Of a stretch of 64,000 bases of DNA, positions 41,591 to 52,402 are shown piece after piece (the stretch's first letter is position 1; each line of letters starts with the position of its first letter). The position numbers were made by a program, and so were the translations under genes. The notes below the pieces were generated by a model. It searched no databases. It was not told the DNA's origin and was given only the letters and a program-made list of their open reading frames with translations. The stretch comes from Sedimentisphaerales bacterium (GTDB lineage: Bacteria; Planctomycetota; Phycisphaerae; Sedimentisphaerales; SM23-30), in the NCBI GenBank assembly GCA_963663805.2, contig CAXXMR010000020.1, forward strand, positions 32,001-96,000, given 5' to 3'.

Positions 41591-41661
41591 TGTCAGTGGT
41601 TTAGGAGCGGCACTGACATTAAAGCCCCACAGTGAATAACTTACCGTGGGGCTTATTTTTT
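41591..41661 (+). terminator. Tandem hairpins; the second is an intrinsic terminator
   Basis: TGTCAGTG/CACTGACA and AAGCCCCAC/GTGGGGCTT followed by T tract. Confidence 0.7.
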
Positions 41662-41754
41662 ACTAGACATTGGTCGAGATTATTTCGTTCAACGGCGGGT
41701 TTGCGGGGGAAGTAATTGTTGACGCTGAGAGGCTGTCGCAGTAGGATTTTTGGG

Positions 41755-43188
41755 ATGAAAACTACAGAAATATATGATAATCCGTTGGTTAGCCGGTATA
41801 GCTCGGCTGAGATGTTGAAGGTGTTTTCGCCGGCGTTCAAGTTTGGGATGTGGCGGCGGTTGTGGCTGGCACTGGCCCAGAGCGAGAAGGAGCTGGGGCT
41901 TGACATCAAGCCTGGTCAGCTCAAGGCTATGCGGGAGCATCTGGACGATATTGATTTCAAGCGGGCGGCCAAATACGAGAAAAAATTCCGGCATGATGTG
42001 ATGGCCCATGTCCATACTTTCGGCGACGCGGCACCGGCGGCACGGGGGATAATTCACTTGGGTGCGACGAGCGCTTATGTGGGTGACAATACGGACCTGA
42101 TACAGTTGCGGGTCGGACTGGAGCTTCTGCGGGGGCGGCTGATGCAGGTGATTAATTTGCTGGCGAAGTTCGCCAAAAAGCACCGGAAACTTCCGACGCT
42201 GGGTTATACCCATTTTCAGCCGGCCCAGCTGACCACCGTAGGCAAGCGGGCGACGCTGTGGTGTTATGATTTTGTGATGGATATCGAGGAAGTCCAGCAT
42301 CAGCTGGATATACTTTGTTTTCGCAGTGTCAAGGGCACGACGGGCACTCAGGCATCGTTTCTGGAGCTTTTCGGCGGGGACCATAACAAGGTCAAGCGGC
42401 TGGAAAAGATGGTGGCTAAGAAGATGGGGTTCAAGCTGATCCAGCCGGTGTCGGGCCAGACTTACAATCGTAAGATTGACGCTAATGTGGTTTCGGTGCT
42501 GGGTGGTGTGGCACAGTCGGCCCATAAGCTGGCCAATGATTTGCGGCTTCTGGCGAATCTGAAGCAGATGGAAGAGCCGTTCGGCAAGAGTCAGATAGGT
42601 TCGTCGGCGATGGCGTATAAACGGAATCCGATGCGTTGTGAGCGGGTGACGGCTTTATCACGTTATGTACTCAGTCTGGTCAGTTCGCCAGCCCTGACGG
42701 CCGCGGAGCAGTGGTTTGAACGTACGCTGGATGATTCGGCGAATAAGCGGCTGGCGGTGGCAGAGGCATTTCTGGCGGCGGATTCGATTCTAGTGATTCT
42801 AGCCAATGTGCTGGACGGGCTGGTGGTTTATCCCAGGGTTATCGCCGCGGCGGTTGATGCCGAATTGCCGTTTATGGCCACCGAAAATATCATGATGGCA
42901 GCGGTCCAGGCCGGCGGCGACCGGCAGGAGCTTCACGAGATTATTCGAGTGTACAGCCACGAAGCCGCCGCGGAAGTTAAGCTGCACGGCCGGCGGAATG
43001 ACCTCATCGACCGCATGAAAAAAGACCCCGCCTTCAAAGATGTTAATTTTAATGATGTACTGGATGCTAAGAAATACGTAGGACGCTCCCCGGAACAGGT
43101 CGATGACTTTATCAGCGATGTAATAACCCCCATCCGCCGCAAATTTGGCAAATACGCAAAACTTAACACGGTGGAATTGAAGGTTTAA
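41755..43188 (+). CDS. purB: Adenylosuccinate lyase
   Basis: RHDVMAH, HLGATS, THFQPAQLTT, SSAMAYKRNP. Confidence 0.97.
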   Translation: MKTTEIYDNPLVSRYSSAEMLKVFSPAFKFGMWRRLWLALAQSEKELGLDIKPGQLKAMREHLDDIDFKRAAKYEKKFRHDVMAHVHTFGDAAPAARGIIHLGATSAYVGDNTDLIQLRVGLELLRGRLMQVINLLAKFAKKHRKLPTLGYTHFQPAQLTTVGKRATLWCYDFVMDIEEVQHQLDILCFRSVKGTTGTQASFLELFGGDHNKVKRLEKMVAKKMGFKLIQPVSGQTYNRKIDANVVSVLGGVAQSAHKLANDLRLLANLKQMEEPFGKSQIGSSAMAYKRNPMRCERVTALSRYVLSLVSSPALTAAEQWFERTLDDSANKRLAVAEAFLAADSILVILANVLDGLVVYPRVIAAAVDAELPFMATENIMMAAVQAGGDRQELHEIIRVYSHEAAAEVKLHGRRNDLIDRMKKDPAFKDVNFNDVLDAKKYVGRSPEQVDDFISDVITPIRRKFGKYAKLNTVELKV

Positions 43189-43218
43189 GTAGTTGGCAAT
43201 ATAAACAGGGAATTATTG

Positions 43219-43905
43219 ATGCAGAATTACAAAGGTCGGTTTATAGAGTTTCTAGTTGGTGCCGGTGTCCTTACTTTTGGTGATTTCACCACCAAGAGTG
43301 GCCGTAAGACCCCTTATTTCGTTAATACCGGCAACTATCGCCTCGGCAGCCAGTTAGCCGCTCTGGGCGAATTCTACGCCGAAGCCATGATGGAAGTCCT
43401 GGGTAAAAATTTCGATAATCTCTACGGCCCCGCTTATAAGGGCATCCCTCTTTCGGTGACAGCCGGTATCGCTTTAGCCAGACAATACGACTTTGATGTC
43501 TCGGTGACCTATAACCGCAAGGAAGCCAAAGATCACGGCGAAAAAGGCACCCTCATAGGCCGACAGTACGACGGCTCCGAGCGTGTGGTGATTATCGAGG
43601 ATGTAATAACCGCCGGCACCAGTATTCGCGAGTCCATGGAAATTCTTTCTGCTAACAATAAACCCAAGGTGGCAGGCGTAATCGTCTCGGTTGACCGCAT
43701 GGAACGCGGCACCGGCAGCCTGACGGCGGTTCAGGAAGTAAAAGAACAGTTCGGCATGGAAGTTTTCTCAATCGTAAATGTCCGCGAGATAATAGAATAC
43801 CTCCACAACCGCCAGGTCGCCGGCAAAGTACACATCGACGACCAGATGAAACAACGTATGGAAGCATACCTCAGCAAATATGGGGTCGCTGAGCTTAGTC
43901 GCTGA
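43219..43905 (+). CDS. pyrE: Orotate phosphoribosyltransferase
   Basis: FTTKSGRKTPYF, GPAYKGIP, NRKEAKDHGE, IIEDVITAGTS. Confidence 0.97.
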   Translation: MQNYKGRFIEFLVGAGVLTFGDFTTKSGRKTPYFVNTGNYRLGSQLAALGEFYAEAMMEVLGKNFDNLYGPAYKGIPLSVTAGIALARQYDFDVSVTYNRKEAKDHGEKGTLIGRQYDGSERVVIIEDVITAGTSIRESMEILSANNKPKVAGVIVSVDRMERGTGSLTAVQEVKEQFGMEVFSIVNVREIIEYLHNRQVAGKVHIDDQMKQRMEAYLSKYGVAELSR

Positions 43906-44683
43906 GTGAGCCCTTACCTGCCAAGTAGTTATAATCACCATCACGACAGCAGGGGCAGCCGTCCTTGAGATTGTCGAGCGGGGTTTCGTGGTAATGATTT
44001 TGCCAGAGGTCGAAACTGATTAGGTTTCGGTTGAGGGCGTCGAGGTTGTTGGTGAGGATTTTGAGGGCCTGAGCGGTTTGCAGGGCAGCGACGAATGCTA
44101 CAGCGGGTTCTATAATTCCTGCTGTTTCACAGGTTTGCATTTGGCCGGGCTCGGGAAGGGCTTCGAGCAGGCATTGCAGGCAGGGCGGATAGGGCGGGAC
44201 AATCGCCATGGTTTGACCAGCGGCACCAAGGCAGGCGGCGTGGAGCCAGGGGGTTTTGTAACTTACTGCTATATCATTAATTAGAAATCTAGTGAGCATA
44301 TTGTCGGTGCCGTCGAGGATGAGGTCGGCACCTTCGACGAAGAATTTTATCGATTCATGGTTTACGTCAGCGACGATGGGTTCGATGTTAATAGTGGAAT
44401 TGATACGGCGGAGATGTTGGGCGGCGGCCTGGGCCTTGGGGAGGTTGTTGTTTATATCTTCTTCTGTGAAAAGGGTTTGCCGTTGGAGGTTGGAGATTTC
44501 GAGGAAGTCACGGTCGATGATTCGGATGAAACCAACGCCGGCTCGGGTTAGGGATTGGGCGAGGTGGGAGCCGAGGGCTCCGCAGCCGATTATGGTTAAT
44601 CTCTTGCTGGCAAGCAGTTTCTGGGCTTCGGGGCCTAGGGGGGGGTAGGCGATTTGTCGAGCGTAACGGTCGGCTGGGGGCAT
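43895..44683 (-). CDS. ThiF/MoeB family adenylyltransferase
   Basis: RYARQ, IIGCGALG, DRDFLEISNLQRQ, DGTDN, CLQC and CPCC. Confidence 0.93.
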   Translation of the reverse strand: MPPADRYARQIAYPPLGPEAQKLLASKRLTIIGCGALGSHLAQSLTRAGVGFIRIIDRDFLEISNLQRQTLFTEEDINNNLPKAQAAAQHLRRINSTINIEPIVADVNHESIKFFVEGADLILDGTDNMLTRFLINDIAVSYKTPWLHAACLGAAGQTMAIVPPYPPCLQCLLEALPEPGQMQTCETAGIIEPAVAFVAALQTAQALKILTNNLDALNRNLISFDLWQNHYHETPLDNLKDGCPCCRDGDYNYLAGKGSLSD

Positions 44684-45124
44684 TAGTTTTTACCTGTATG
44701 ATTATAGTTTTTTTGTTTAACTATCTGTCAGATAGTATGATAGAGAGGTTGGCCGAGGGCAAGATTTTTTTGGGTGGTTGTTGACGTTAGTTTCAGACAC
44801 GGTTATAAGTAGAGAAGTTAACTTTGTTATATGGGCATTGATCTTCCGCGGAAGTCGGTGCCCATATTTTTTGGGGGTTCGGGAGAGGGGTTGTAAGTCC
44901 TTATTTTGCGTTAAGGAAATTGCGGTAAGTCTTTATTTTTTGGTTAGAAATTGTGGCAAAATCGCGTAAAAACACCAAATTTTCAGCGCATTTTAGCCGG
45001 AAGCGACAGTTTTTTGACGTTTTTTTAAGGTTTTTTTCAATCCTGTTCGGCACATTTATTGCTTTAGGCTTTTGGCCTCCTGTATTTTTTTTTAAAAAAA
45101 CCCGAAATGTTAAGATAGGTAATT

Positions 45125-45153
45125 TGCGCTCGAGGGATATTTATGCTCTAATA
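45125..45153 (+). promoter_or_regulatory. Sigma70-like promoter TTGCGC-N17-TCTAAT of the IS4 transposase, followed by AGGAGG and ATG 45160
   Basis: Canonical spacing with extended TG. Confidence 0.55.
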
Positions 45154-45170
45154 GGAGGCATGAGTGCTAA

Positions 45171-47155
45171 CCCCAATTTCTCACTTAGCGGTCAAAACCG
45201 TCAAAAATAAAAATATTTTCTGTGATTTTGAGTTGTAAGCGGCGATTTTAGTTCGATATTGGCTCTGGTACAGACCTGCCCTATTGCCAGGTGTTTTTCA
45301 GCCGCGATAATATGTGCATGTACCTGAAGAAGCACAAGCGAAAGAAGAACGGCAAGTACAACACCTACTACAGCATAGCTGAGAAGCGTAAAGTCTCGCG
45401 CGGTCGTTATGTGGAGAAGATGGTTCTGTATCTCGGGGAGATTTCCGATTCGCAAAAGAAGTCCTGGGAAAAGTCTATTGAGATAATCAACGAGGATAAC
45501 CAGCCTGTCCGCAAATCATTGTTTGCTTATGACCAGGATAATCATGCCCACCATGATGTCGATACCATTGCCGTGAAATTATCAAAGATGCGGCTGGAAA
45601 ACCCCCGAACATTTGGTGACTGTTGGCTGGGCTGTGAGATATGGGATACTCTTGGGCTGGATAAATTCTGGTCCGCTCGTATAGACACCGAAAGATCTTC
45701 GGTGGAGTATTCCAAAGTCGTTAAATTATTGACGGTAAATCGTCTTATCAAACCCGGCGCGGAGTTTTATGTTCATCAGCACTGGTTTACTCAAACCGCA
45801 ATGGATGTATTGCTGGACTGTGATTTTGAGGTTGCCGAAAAGAACCGGCTTTACCGCTGCCTGGACAGGATATTGCCCTACAAAGAGGAGCTTTGCTCTT
45901 ATCTGAAAGATACCTGGCAGATGATGTTCAATCTGGAATACGATATTTTGCTTTACGATATCACCAGTACGTATTTTGAGGGATTATGCAAACAGAATCC
46001 TAAAGCCAAATTTGGTCATAGCAAAGATCGCAGAAGTGATTGTCGGCAGATTCTGATAGCTTTGGTAGTTACGCCCGATGGCTTTCCGATTAATTATGAA
46101 ATCTGGGCGGGTAATACCTCGGAGAAAACCACGCTAAAGCCGTTATTGAACAAGATAGAGTCAAAATACGGCCAAGTCGGCAGGGTTTGGCTGATGGACC
46201 GGGGTATCCCCACAGAAGCGGTACTTGAGCACATGCGTGATAATGACATTGGTTACCTTGTTGGTACTCCTCGTAAATTACTGGATGAATTCTCAAAAGA
46301 ACTCTCGGTGAAAAACTGGCATGATGTAAATGACAGTGTTCGCATAAAGCATATCGAAAAAGATGGTGAATGTTATGTTCTAGCCCGCAGCAAAGAGCGG
46401 ATGGCTAAAGAACGGGCTATGCGTAAGCGCAAGCTGCGTGACTATCTGGAAGGTCTGGAGAAGCTGAAGAAATATCGTGATTACGCCCGTTTTATGCAAA
46501 GGCTGGGCAAACTCAAACATCATGCTGGCAGTTCGTATAAATGCGTTACTCTTACAATTCCAAAACCAAAGGAAAGAATTGAGGAAGGTGAGTTTGATTA
46601 TAAATTCGATAGGAACAAATACCGAGAAATGATTTATCGTGACGGCACATACTTTTTGCGTACCAATCAAACCGGAAAGAATGGCATAGAGCTTTGGCAG
46701 GAGTATATGCTGCAATGTAATGTAGAACAAGCGTTCCGGGAGCTCAAAAGCGATCTGGGTGTTCGGCCGGTCTATCACCATAAAGAAGACCGGGTCGATG
46801 CTCACGTGTTTGTAGCGTTTATGAGCTATTGTCTGCAAGTGACCTTGAGACACAGACTGCGGGCCAGTGCCTGCGGGATAACCAGCCAGGCCGTTTTGGA
46901 AACAATGTCACGAATCCAGATGCTCGATGTGTCCTTTGAAACCCAGGACGGCAGGACTCTGCTGATGCAGAGATATACCGAGCCCGATGGCGATCAGAAA
47001 TTGCTGCTATACCATTTGAAGATGGAAATGCCGCCGCAAAAGCCACCGAAAATATACAGCGGTCAGCTCAAAAAATAACACCACTGTTGGCGACAGACCA
47101 ACAGCCCTGAAGGAGCCAAAAATCCACTTTTTACCCCTTAAGTGAGAAATTGGGG
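45171..47155 (+). mobile_element. IS1634-family element
   Basis: IRs CCCCAATTTCTCACTTA at both ends; duplicated (G)CTAA flanks at 45166-45170 and 47155-47159. Confidence 0.92.
45318..47078 (+). CDS. IS1634-family transposase
   Basis: YDITSTYFEG, GHSKDRRSD, MDRGI, VEQAFRELKSDLGVRPVYH. Confidence 0.95.
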   Translation: MYLKKHKRKKNGKYNTYYSIAEKRKVSRGRYVEKMVLYLGEISDSQKKSWEKSIEIINEDNQPVRKSLFAYDQDNHAHHDVDTIAVKLSKMRLENPRTFGDCWLGCEIWDTLGLDKFWSARIDTERSSVEYSKVVKLLTVNRLIKPGAEFYVHQHWFTQTAMDVLLDCDFEVAEKNRLYRCLDRILPYKEELCSYLKDTWQMMFNLEYDILLYDITSTYFEGLCKQNPKAKFGHSKDRRSDCRQILIALVVTPDGFPINYEIWAGNTSEKTTLKPLLNKIESKYGQVGRVWLMDRGIPTEAVLEHMRDNDIGYLVGTPRKLLDEFSKELSVKNWHDVNDSVRIKHIEKDGECYVLARSKERMAKERAMRKRKLRDYLEGLEKLKKYRDYARFMQRLGKLKHHAGSSYKCVTLTIPKPKERIEEGEFDYKFDRNKYREMIYRDGTYFLRTNQTGKNGIELWQEYMLQCNVEQAFRELKSDLGVRPVYHHKEDRVDAHVFVAFMSYCLQVTLRHRLRASACGITSQAVLETMSRIQMLDVSFETQDGRTLLMQRYTEPDGDQKLLLYHLKMEMPPQKPPKIYSGQLKK

Positions 47156-48719
47156 CTAAGCGTAAAAAAATCAAGGAGCGGGACCTGCGTGGGTTCAAGT
47201 ATTTCAAGTCCCTCTCGGCTCTGCTGAAAGGTCTTCACTCGGCGGGATGTGAGCGGGACCGGGCCGGCAATCGCACATTATTCATGGACCAGTATGTCAG
47301 TCTGCTGCTGTTATACATGTTCAATCCGATCTGCAGTTCCATCCGGTCTTTGCAGCAGGCCGGCGAGCTCAAAAAGGTACAGCGGCTGTTGGGTTGTTCG
47401 CGTGCTTCGCTGGGTTCGCTTTCGGAAGCATCCCGGGTTTTTGAGAGTTCTTTGTTAGAGCCGATAATCGCTCAACTCACTGAGCAGTTAGGGCCGATAT
47501 CTCAGGACAAAAAACTGGAAGTCGGTCAGGTCATTACCCTGGTGGACGGCAGCAGTATTCAGGCTTTGCAAAAACTCACTCAGGCTGCCTGGGACACCGA
47601 CAAACCCGGAATTAAAGCACACACTCAGTTTGATCTGGAAAAATATGTGCCTCTGAAAATAAATATCAGTGAAGACAAGTCTGATGAGCGAAAGGTTTTT
47701 TTAGAGAATCTTCAGCCCGGCCGGATTTATGTCAATGATCGCGGATATGCCTGTTTTAAGCTGTTTCAGGCCATTGTGGATAGTAAAAGCTCTTTTGTCT
47801 GTCGGCTGCGTGAGGATACGGTTTACGAAACTATTCAGGAAAAACCTTTAACTGAAGATGCTCGAAAAGCGGGGATAATTTTTGATCGTACGGTAATCGC
47901 CGGCAGCAGTGAAAAACTGCGGGAAGATTTCAAACAACCGTTACGCCTGATAGCGGTTGAATGTCAACCGCATTTGAAACGGGGCCAGGGACCACGTCAG
48001 AGTGAGATGATTTTGATTGCCACCGACCGGCTGGACCTGGACGCCGAAGTCATTGCCCTGCTCTATCAGAAACGCTGGGCCATCGAAATATTTTTCCGCT
48101 TTTTTAAGCATGTGCTGGGCTGCCGACATCTGCTAAGCCTCTGCGAAAACGGTATCGAACTGCAGATGTACGCCGCGATTATCGCCTGTATGCTGATCAG
48201 CCTGTGGACGGGCAAAAAACCAACTTTAAGAACCTACGAAATGCTCTGCTGGCACCTCTGCGGCATGGCCGACGAGCAAGAAATGCAGAACCATATCAAT
48301 AAACTCCAAAGCCAAAACTAAGGCCGATCCTCAAAAAAATCGCCGCTGCCGCTGATGCTGCGCCAAAATAACCAGTGCCGACAGTCCCACTGAGGGATAA
48401 TCCCCGCTAAATCATATGAACTGCAAAGACCACAGAAAAACTGTATTTGAGCAATAAATGTGCCGAACAGGATTGGGTTTTTTTCTAAAAAAACGCAAAA
48501 AAAGCAAAAAAAAACGGATTTTAAACCACAATTTTTACGGTATCCCTGTTTTGAGCAGTGGTTGTTTTATTGTCCGGTCTCTTATTTGGTTAGGCTATTG
48601 TTTTGGTATGTCAGACTATTGGTGGGGGATTTAACAGGGCTTGACAGGTGTTGTTTGGTGGCACTAACATATTTTGTGGTAGAGTGTTTTTTTGGTTTTG
48701 GGTCGGCTGGAGCGGTGTA

Positions 48720-50792
48720 ATGGCCAGGACATTTTCGATTCGTCGCAGCTTGCTTTCCAGTATGGTTCTGGTGGTGCTGATAATGAGTGTGGTAATACTG
48801 GGTGTTACCTTTCTGGCAGGTCGTTACGCGGTTCGGTCGTTATCTTATCAGGCGGTTAATCAGGCGATAAATCAGGTTCAGGTTCGGCTGGACAGTTTTG
48901 TTGAGCCGCTGGTGAATCATCTTTATATTCTGGGACAGTGGTGCGAGAATGGGGTTGTCGGGGCGGGGATGGCGGATGACAAGGCTGCTTTGTTGTATCC
49001 GTTCATGGAGAAGCATGATTATGTTTCGGCGATCATCGTGGCGGATTCTTCGGGCCGGGAATATTATCTGCGTCGTGACGAGACGGGTCGGCTGGTTATG
49101 CGCAGGCGGGGGGCTGAGGGTGATTATGTTGAGAGTGTCTGGGATGAAGGCCGGGGGAAATTTGTCGCGGCTGACAGTGTAAATGTGAGCGGATATGACC
49201 CGCGGTTAAGGCCCTGGTTTGAGGGTGCGGTTAAGAGAGAGGGGGATTTGGGGCATGATAGGGGAGGGGATTTTAAGGATTATGTATACTGGACGGAGCC
49301 TTATGAGTTTTATGAGTCGCACGAACCGGGGATAACCATTTCGTTTTGTGCGGAGGATAAGGGCGGCGGGCAATGTGTGGTTGCTTTGGATATTCTGCTG
49401 AGCGAGATAGACCGTTTTACGCGTCAGATACGGGTTTTGAATCAGGGTGATGTGGTGGTGATGACCGCTGAGGAGAAGCCGCGGATACTGGGCTATTCGG
49501 TTCATGGTGATTTTGGTCGGCTGATAGAATCGCGTAGCCCTTTGCTGAAGAGCCCGGCGGATTTGGGTCTGGCGATAATCGAGGATGGGGTTGAGGCTTT
49601 TGGCCGGAATTATGAAGGATATGATTCGGGGAATTTCGATGCTGAGCTGGAAATTGAGCCGCTGAGTTTTCGCAGCGGCGGTCAGGTCTGGTGGGGTGCC
49701 ATGCGTAGTCTGGGGCTGGGCGAACGTAAAGGGTTATGGGTTTTTGTGGTTATTCCGGAGCGTGATTTGCTGGGTAGTATTGTGCGTGATAGGTATCTGG
49801 CGGTGACGGTTGTGATTATGGTATTGATACTGGCGGTGTGGCTGGCCAGTTATACGGCCCAGAAGTATAGTCGGCCTATCGAGAATCTGGTGCGGACAAC
49901 GGACCGTATCAGTCGGGGTGATTTTGGGGTTTCTGCGCCGATTCAGTCGAATGTCAGGGAGATATGCGAGTTGTCTCTGGCGCATGAGCGGATGCGTAAA
50001 GGGTTGGAATCGCTGATGAAGCTGGAAGGTGATTTGCAGTTAGCCCGTCAGATTCAGCAGCGGACGATGCCTGATAAGCTGCCTTGTCTGCCGGGTTTTG
50101 ATATAGCGGCGTGGAATCAGCCGGCAGAGCAGACCGGTGGTGATACTTATGATGTTATTGGCGGTGTGGCTTTGGCCGCCGATGGGGGGGTAGAGCTTTG
50201 TAATGAGTGCGTGGAGCGGGTTTATTTGCTGCTGGCAGATGCTACGGGTCATGGTATTGGGCCTGCTCTTTCGGTGACGCAGCTGCGGTCGATGTTTCGG
50301 ATGTCTTTGCGGATGACGAATGATTTGGCTCATATCGCTTTGCATATGAACGAGCAGCTTAGCGTGGATTTGATGGATGGGCGTTTTGTTACGGCCTGGC
50401 TGGCGGAGTTGAGTGCGGCGGATAGTACGCTGCGATATTTCAGCGCGGGTCAGGCTCCGCTGATATATTATAACGCGGCGGCGGATGAGATAACTGCCGG
50501 CGGGGCGGATACCTTTCCGTTTGGGATTGTGCCGGAGATGAAGGCGATCAAGGTGAATGAGTTGGCAATGCAGACGAATGATATTTACGCGGTGGTATCG
50601 GATGGTATTTATGACGCTATGAACGAGCGTGAGGATTTGCTGGGAGTTGAGCGGCTGTTGGAGATTGTGAAGGGGAATAAGAAGGGGTCGGCGGCGGAGA
50701 TTCTGGGTGCGATACGTGATGCGGTTGATAGCTTTGCCGGAGATGTGGCGGCGAACGATGATCGGACGATAATAGTTATTAAGAAGGTCTGA
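48720..50792 (+). CDS. Membrane SpoIIE/RsbU-type PP2C phosphatase with periplasmic Cache-like and HAMP domains
   Basis: 2 TM; YDPRLRPWF; HAMP; GGDTYD, ADATGHG, SAGQAP, SDG, DDRT. Confidence 0.92.
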   Translation: MARTFSIRRSLLSSMVLVVLIMSVVILGVTFLAGRYAVRSLSYQAVNQAINQVQVRLDSFVEPLVNHLYILGQWCENGVVGAGMADDKAALLYPFMEKHDYVSAIIVADSSGREYYLRRDETGRLVMRRRGAEGDYVESVWDEGRGKFVAADSVNVSGYDPRLRPWFEGAVKREGDLGHDRGGDFKDYVYWTEPYEFYESHEPGITISFCAEDKGGGQCVVALDILLSEIDRFTRQIRVLNQGDVVVMTAEEKPRILGYSVHGDFGRLIESRSPLLKSPADLGLAIIEDGVEAFGRNYEGYDSGNFDAELEIEPLSFRSGGQVWWGAMRSLGLGERKGLWVFVVIPERDLLGSIVRDRYLAVTVVIMVLILAVWLASYTAQKYSRPIENLVRTTDRISRGDFGVSAPIQSNVREICELSLAHERMRKGLESLMKLEGDLQLARQIQQRTMPDKLPCLPGFDIAAWNQPAEQTGGDTYDVIGGVALAADGGVELCNECVERVYLLLADATGHGIGPALSVTQLRSMFRMSLRMTNDLAHIALHMNEQLSVDLMDGRFVTAWLAELSAADSTLRYFSAGQAPLIYYNAAADEITAGGADTFPFGIVPEMKAIKVNELAMQTNDIYAVVSDGIYDAMNEREDLLGVERLLEIVKGNKKGSAAEILGAIRDAVDSFAGDVAANDDRTIIVIKKV

Positions 50793-51230
50793 TTTCTTTG
50801 TTAGATGTCAGCGTTCAGAAATCAGATTTAAGTGGACCTCTAAAAATTCAAAAGCAATTATTATTAGAGGTACCCTTTGGATTTAACGGTGCGGTTTTGG
50901 CCCTTGGTCGAGGTTCGTCCATAAACACGATAGTAATTTACTTTTCGCCCATCAAGTTTATCATAGTATGCTCCATGGCTTCAGCCCAGAGCTGGCAGGT
51001 GTATTGCCGAGTTAAATTCGCTGAATTCCGACACCAGCTATCGCTTAAAATTCGTATCAGCTGCTTATATCGTACCATCTCCTTTTTTTGCGAAATGATG
51101 TTTTCTTTACGCAAAATGAGGTAGTTTAGGACAGGACCTCTGTTAGAATAGGGTATGGAAAGTGTGTCGGTAAGCTTTGAGTTTACTGTTTTATTCTGTA
51201 CTGTTGGTTTATTAAAATGGAGGACCGAAA

Positions 51231-52268
51231 ATGAAAAAATTGCTAACAACCCTGATAATCTTGATGTTTGTTTCTCAAGCATTTGCCGCAACCAAACACT
51301 GGAACGCTACCGAAGACCGCAATTTCACCAACTGGAACAACTGGTCCGCCACCAGTGTTTTCACCAGTACAAATGACGGGGCGATCTCGAAATCCGGGAC
51401 TGAAGCCCCTATCATGTACTCATCCAGCACCGCCTTGACGACTAACAGAAATCTTTTTCTGGGCGCCTCTGCTCTTGGCGAATTAGATATGCAGGGCAGT
51501 TCCATTACTATAAACCGCATCGAAATTGGCGGCGATTACTGGACAAGCCTCGGTGCTGATGGTTACCTGACGATGTCCGGCGGAACTTTTACAACGTCTG
51601 CGAGTACGGAAATCGGCCAGGGCAATACCGGAAGTCTGGCTATCAGCGGCGGAACTTACACTATCGGGAGCTGGCTGACAATTGGCGATCTGGGCGACAA
51701 AAGTGGTCTGGGCGGAACCGGGATCCTTACCATGACCGGCGGCGAGTTGACTGCTGATAGAGTATATGTCGGCCAGGATTCTCTCTCTACCGGCACTGTC
51801 AACCTCAGTAACAATGCTGACTTTAGTGTGGATACCTATATCTATGTCGGCGACGCCGACGGCTCAAGCGGAACCATTACCATTCGGGATTTCGCCACGC
51901 TTGAAGCAAACAATATCAGCATTCGCGAAAATGGAACTGTCAACTTCATCCTTAATGCCGGTAGTTCAGACTCCATGATGAGCTTTACCAGTCTGACAGC
52001 TTCAGATAATTTTCTGATTGGTACTATTGATGTTTCTTTTGACGGTACGATTGTCCCGGGTACTTACGGCCTGATGGATTTTGCCGCTGACATGACCGGC
52101 ACCGACATCTCCGCTCTGCTCTCTACGTCCTCTGCGGCTCAGGGCTGGAACCTGAATCTGGAATCCAGCAGCAATGGCTCTGTACTCCAGGCAGTATATG
52201 TACCTGAACCTGCCACCCTGATTTTGTTATCAATCGGCGGAATCGCACTACGCAAGCGCCAATCTTAA
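51231..52268 (+). CDS. PEP-CTERM protein with Gly-rich beta-helix-like repeats
   Basis: Signal peptide; repeated G.L.MSGG units; VPEPATLILLSIGGIALRKRQS. Confidence 0.9.
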   Translation: MKKLLTTLIILMFVSQAFAATKHWNATEDRNFTNWNNWSATSVFTSTNDGAISKSGTEAPIMYSSSTALTTNRNLFLGASALGELDMQGSSITINRIEIGGDYWTSLGADGYLTMSGGTFTTSASTEIGQGNTGSLAISGGTYTIGSWLTIGDLGDKSGLGGTGILTMTGGELTADRVYVGQDSLSTGTVNLSNNADFSVDTYIYVGDADGSSGTITIRDFATLEANNISIRENGTVNFILNAGSSDSMMSFTSLTASDNFLIGTIDVSFDGTIVPGTYGLMDFAADMTGTDISALLSTSSAAQGWNLNLESSSNGSVLQAVYVPEPATLILLSIGGIALRKRQS

Positions 52269-52402
52269 CGTTTTTTTTAATACCTGAGAGTTGTTTTTTT
52301 TCGGCTGGCTCTGGGACTAAAAAATCTGACTGTTTATCAGAAAGAATTTTGAGTCCCGAACCAGCCGATATTATTATTACACTTTATTTTAAGGAATAAT
52401 CA

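Larger units (their letters stand above)
45160..48321 (+). pseudogene. IS4-family DDE transposase (about 390 aa when reconstructed), disrupted at codon 4
   Basis: ATGAGTGCTAA joined to G CGT AAA.. at 47160 gives an open MSAKRKKIKERD...; VDGS, DRGY, YQKRWAIEIFFR (YREK-like) motifs. Confidence 0.9.
45038..48475 (+). mobile_element. IS4-family element interrupted by a nested IS1634
   Basis: Perfect 26-bp IRs CAATCCTGTTCGGCACATTTATTGCT; 9-bp TSD GGTTTTTTT at 45029-45037 and 48476-48484. Confidence 0.93.

Noticed and set aside
50938..51291. 117-aa minus-strand ORF in an AT-rich spacer
   Set aside because: Overlaps the PEP-CTERM gene start; no motif or SD recognised
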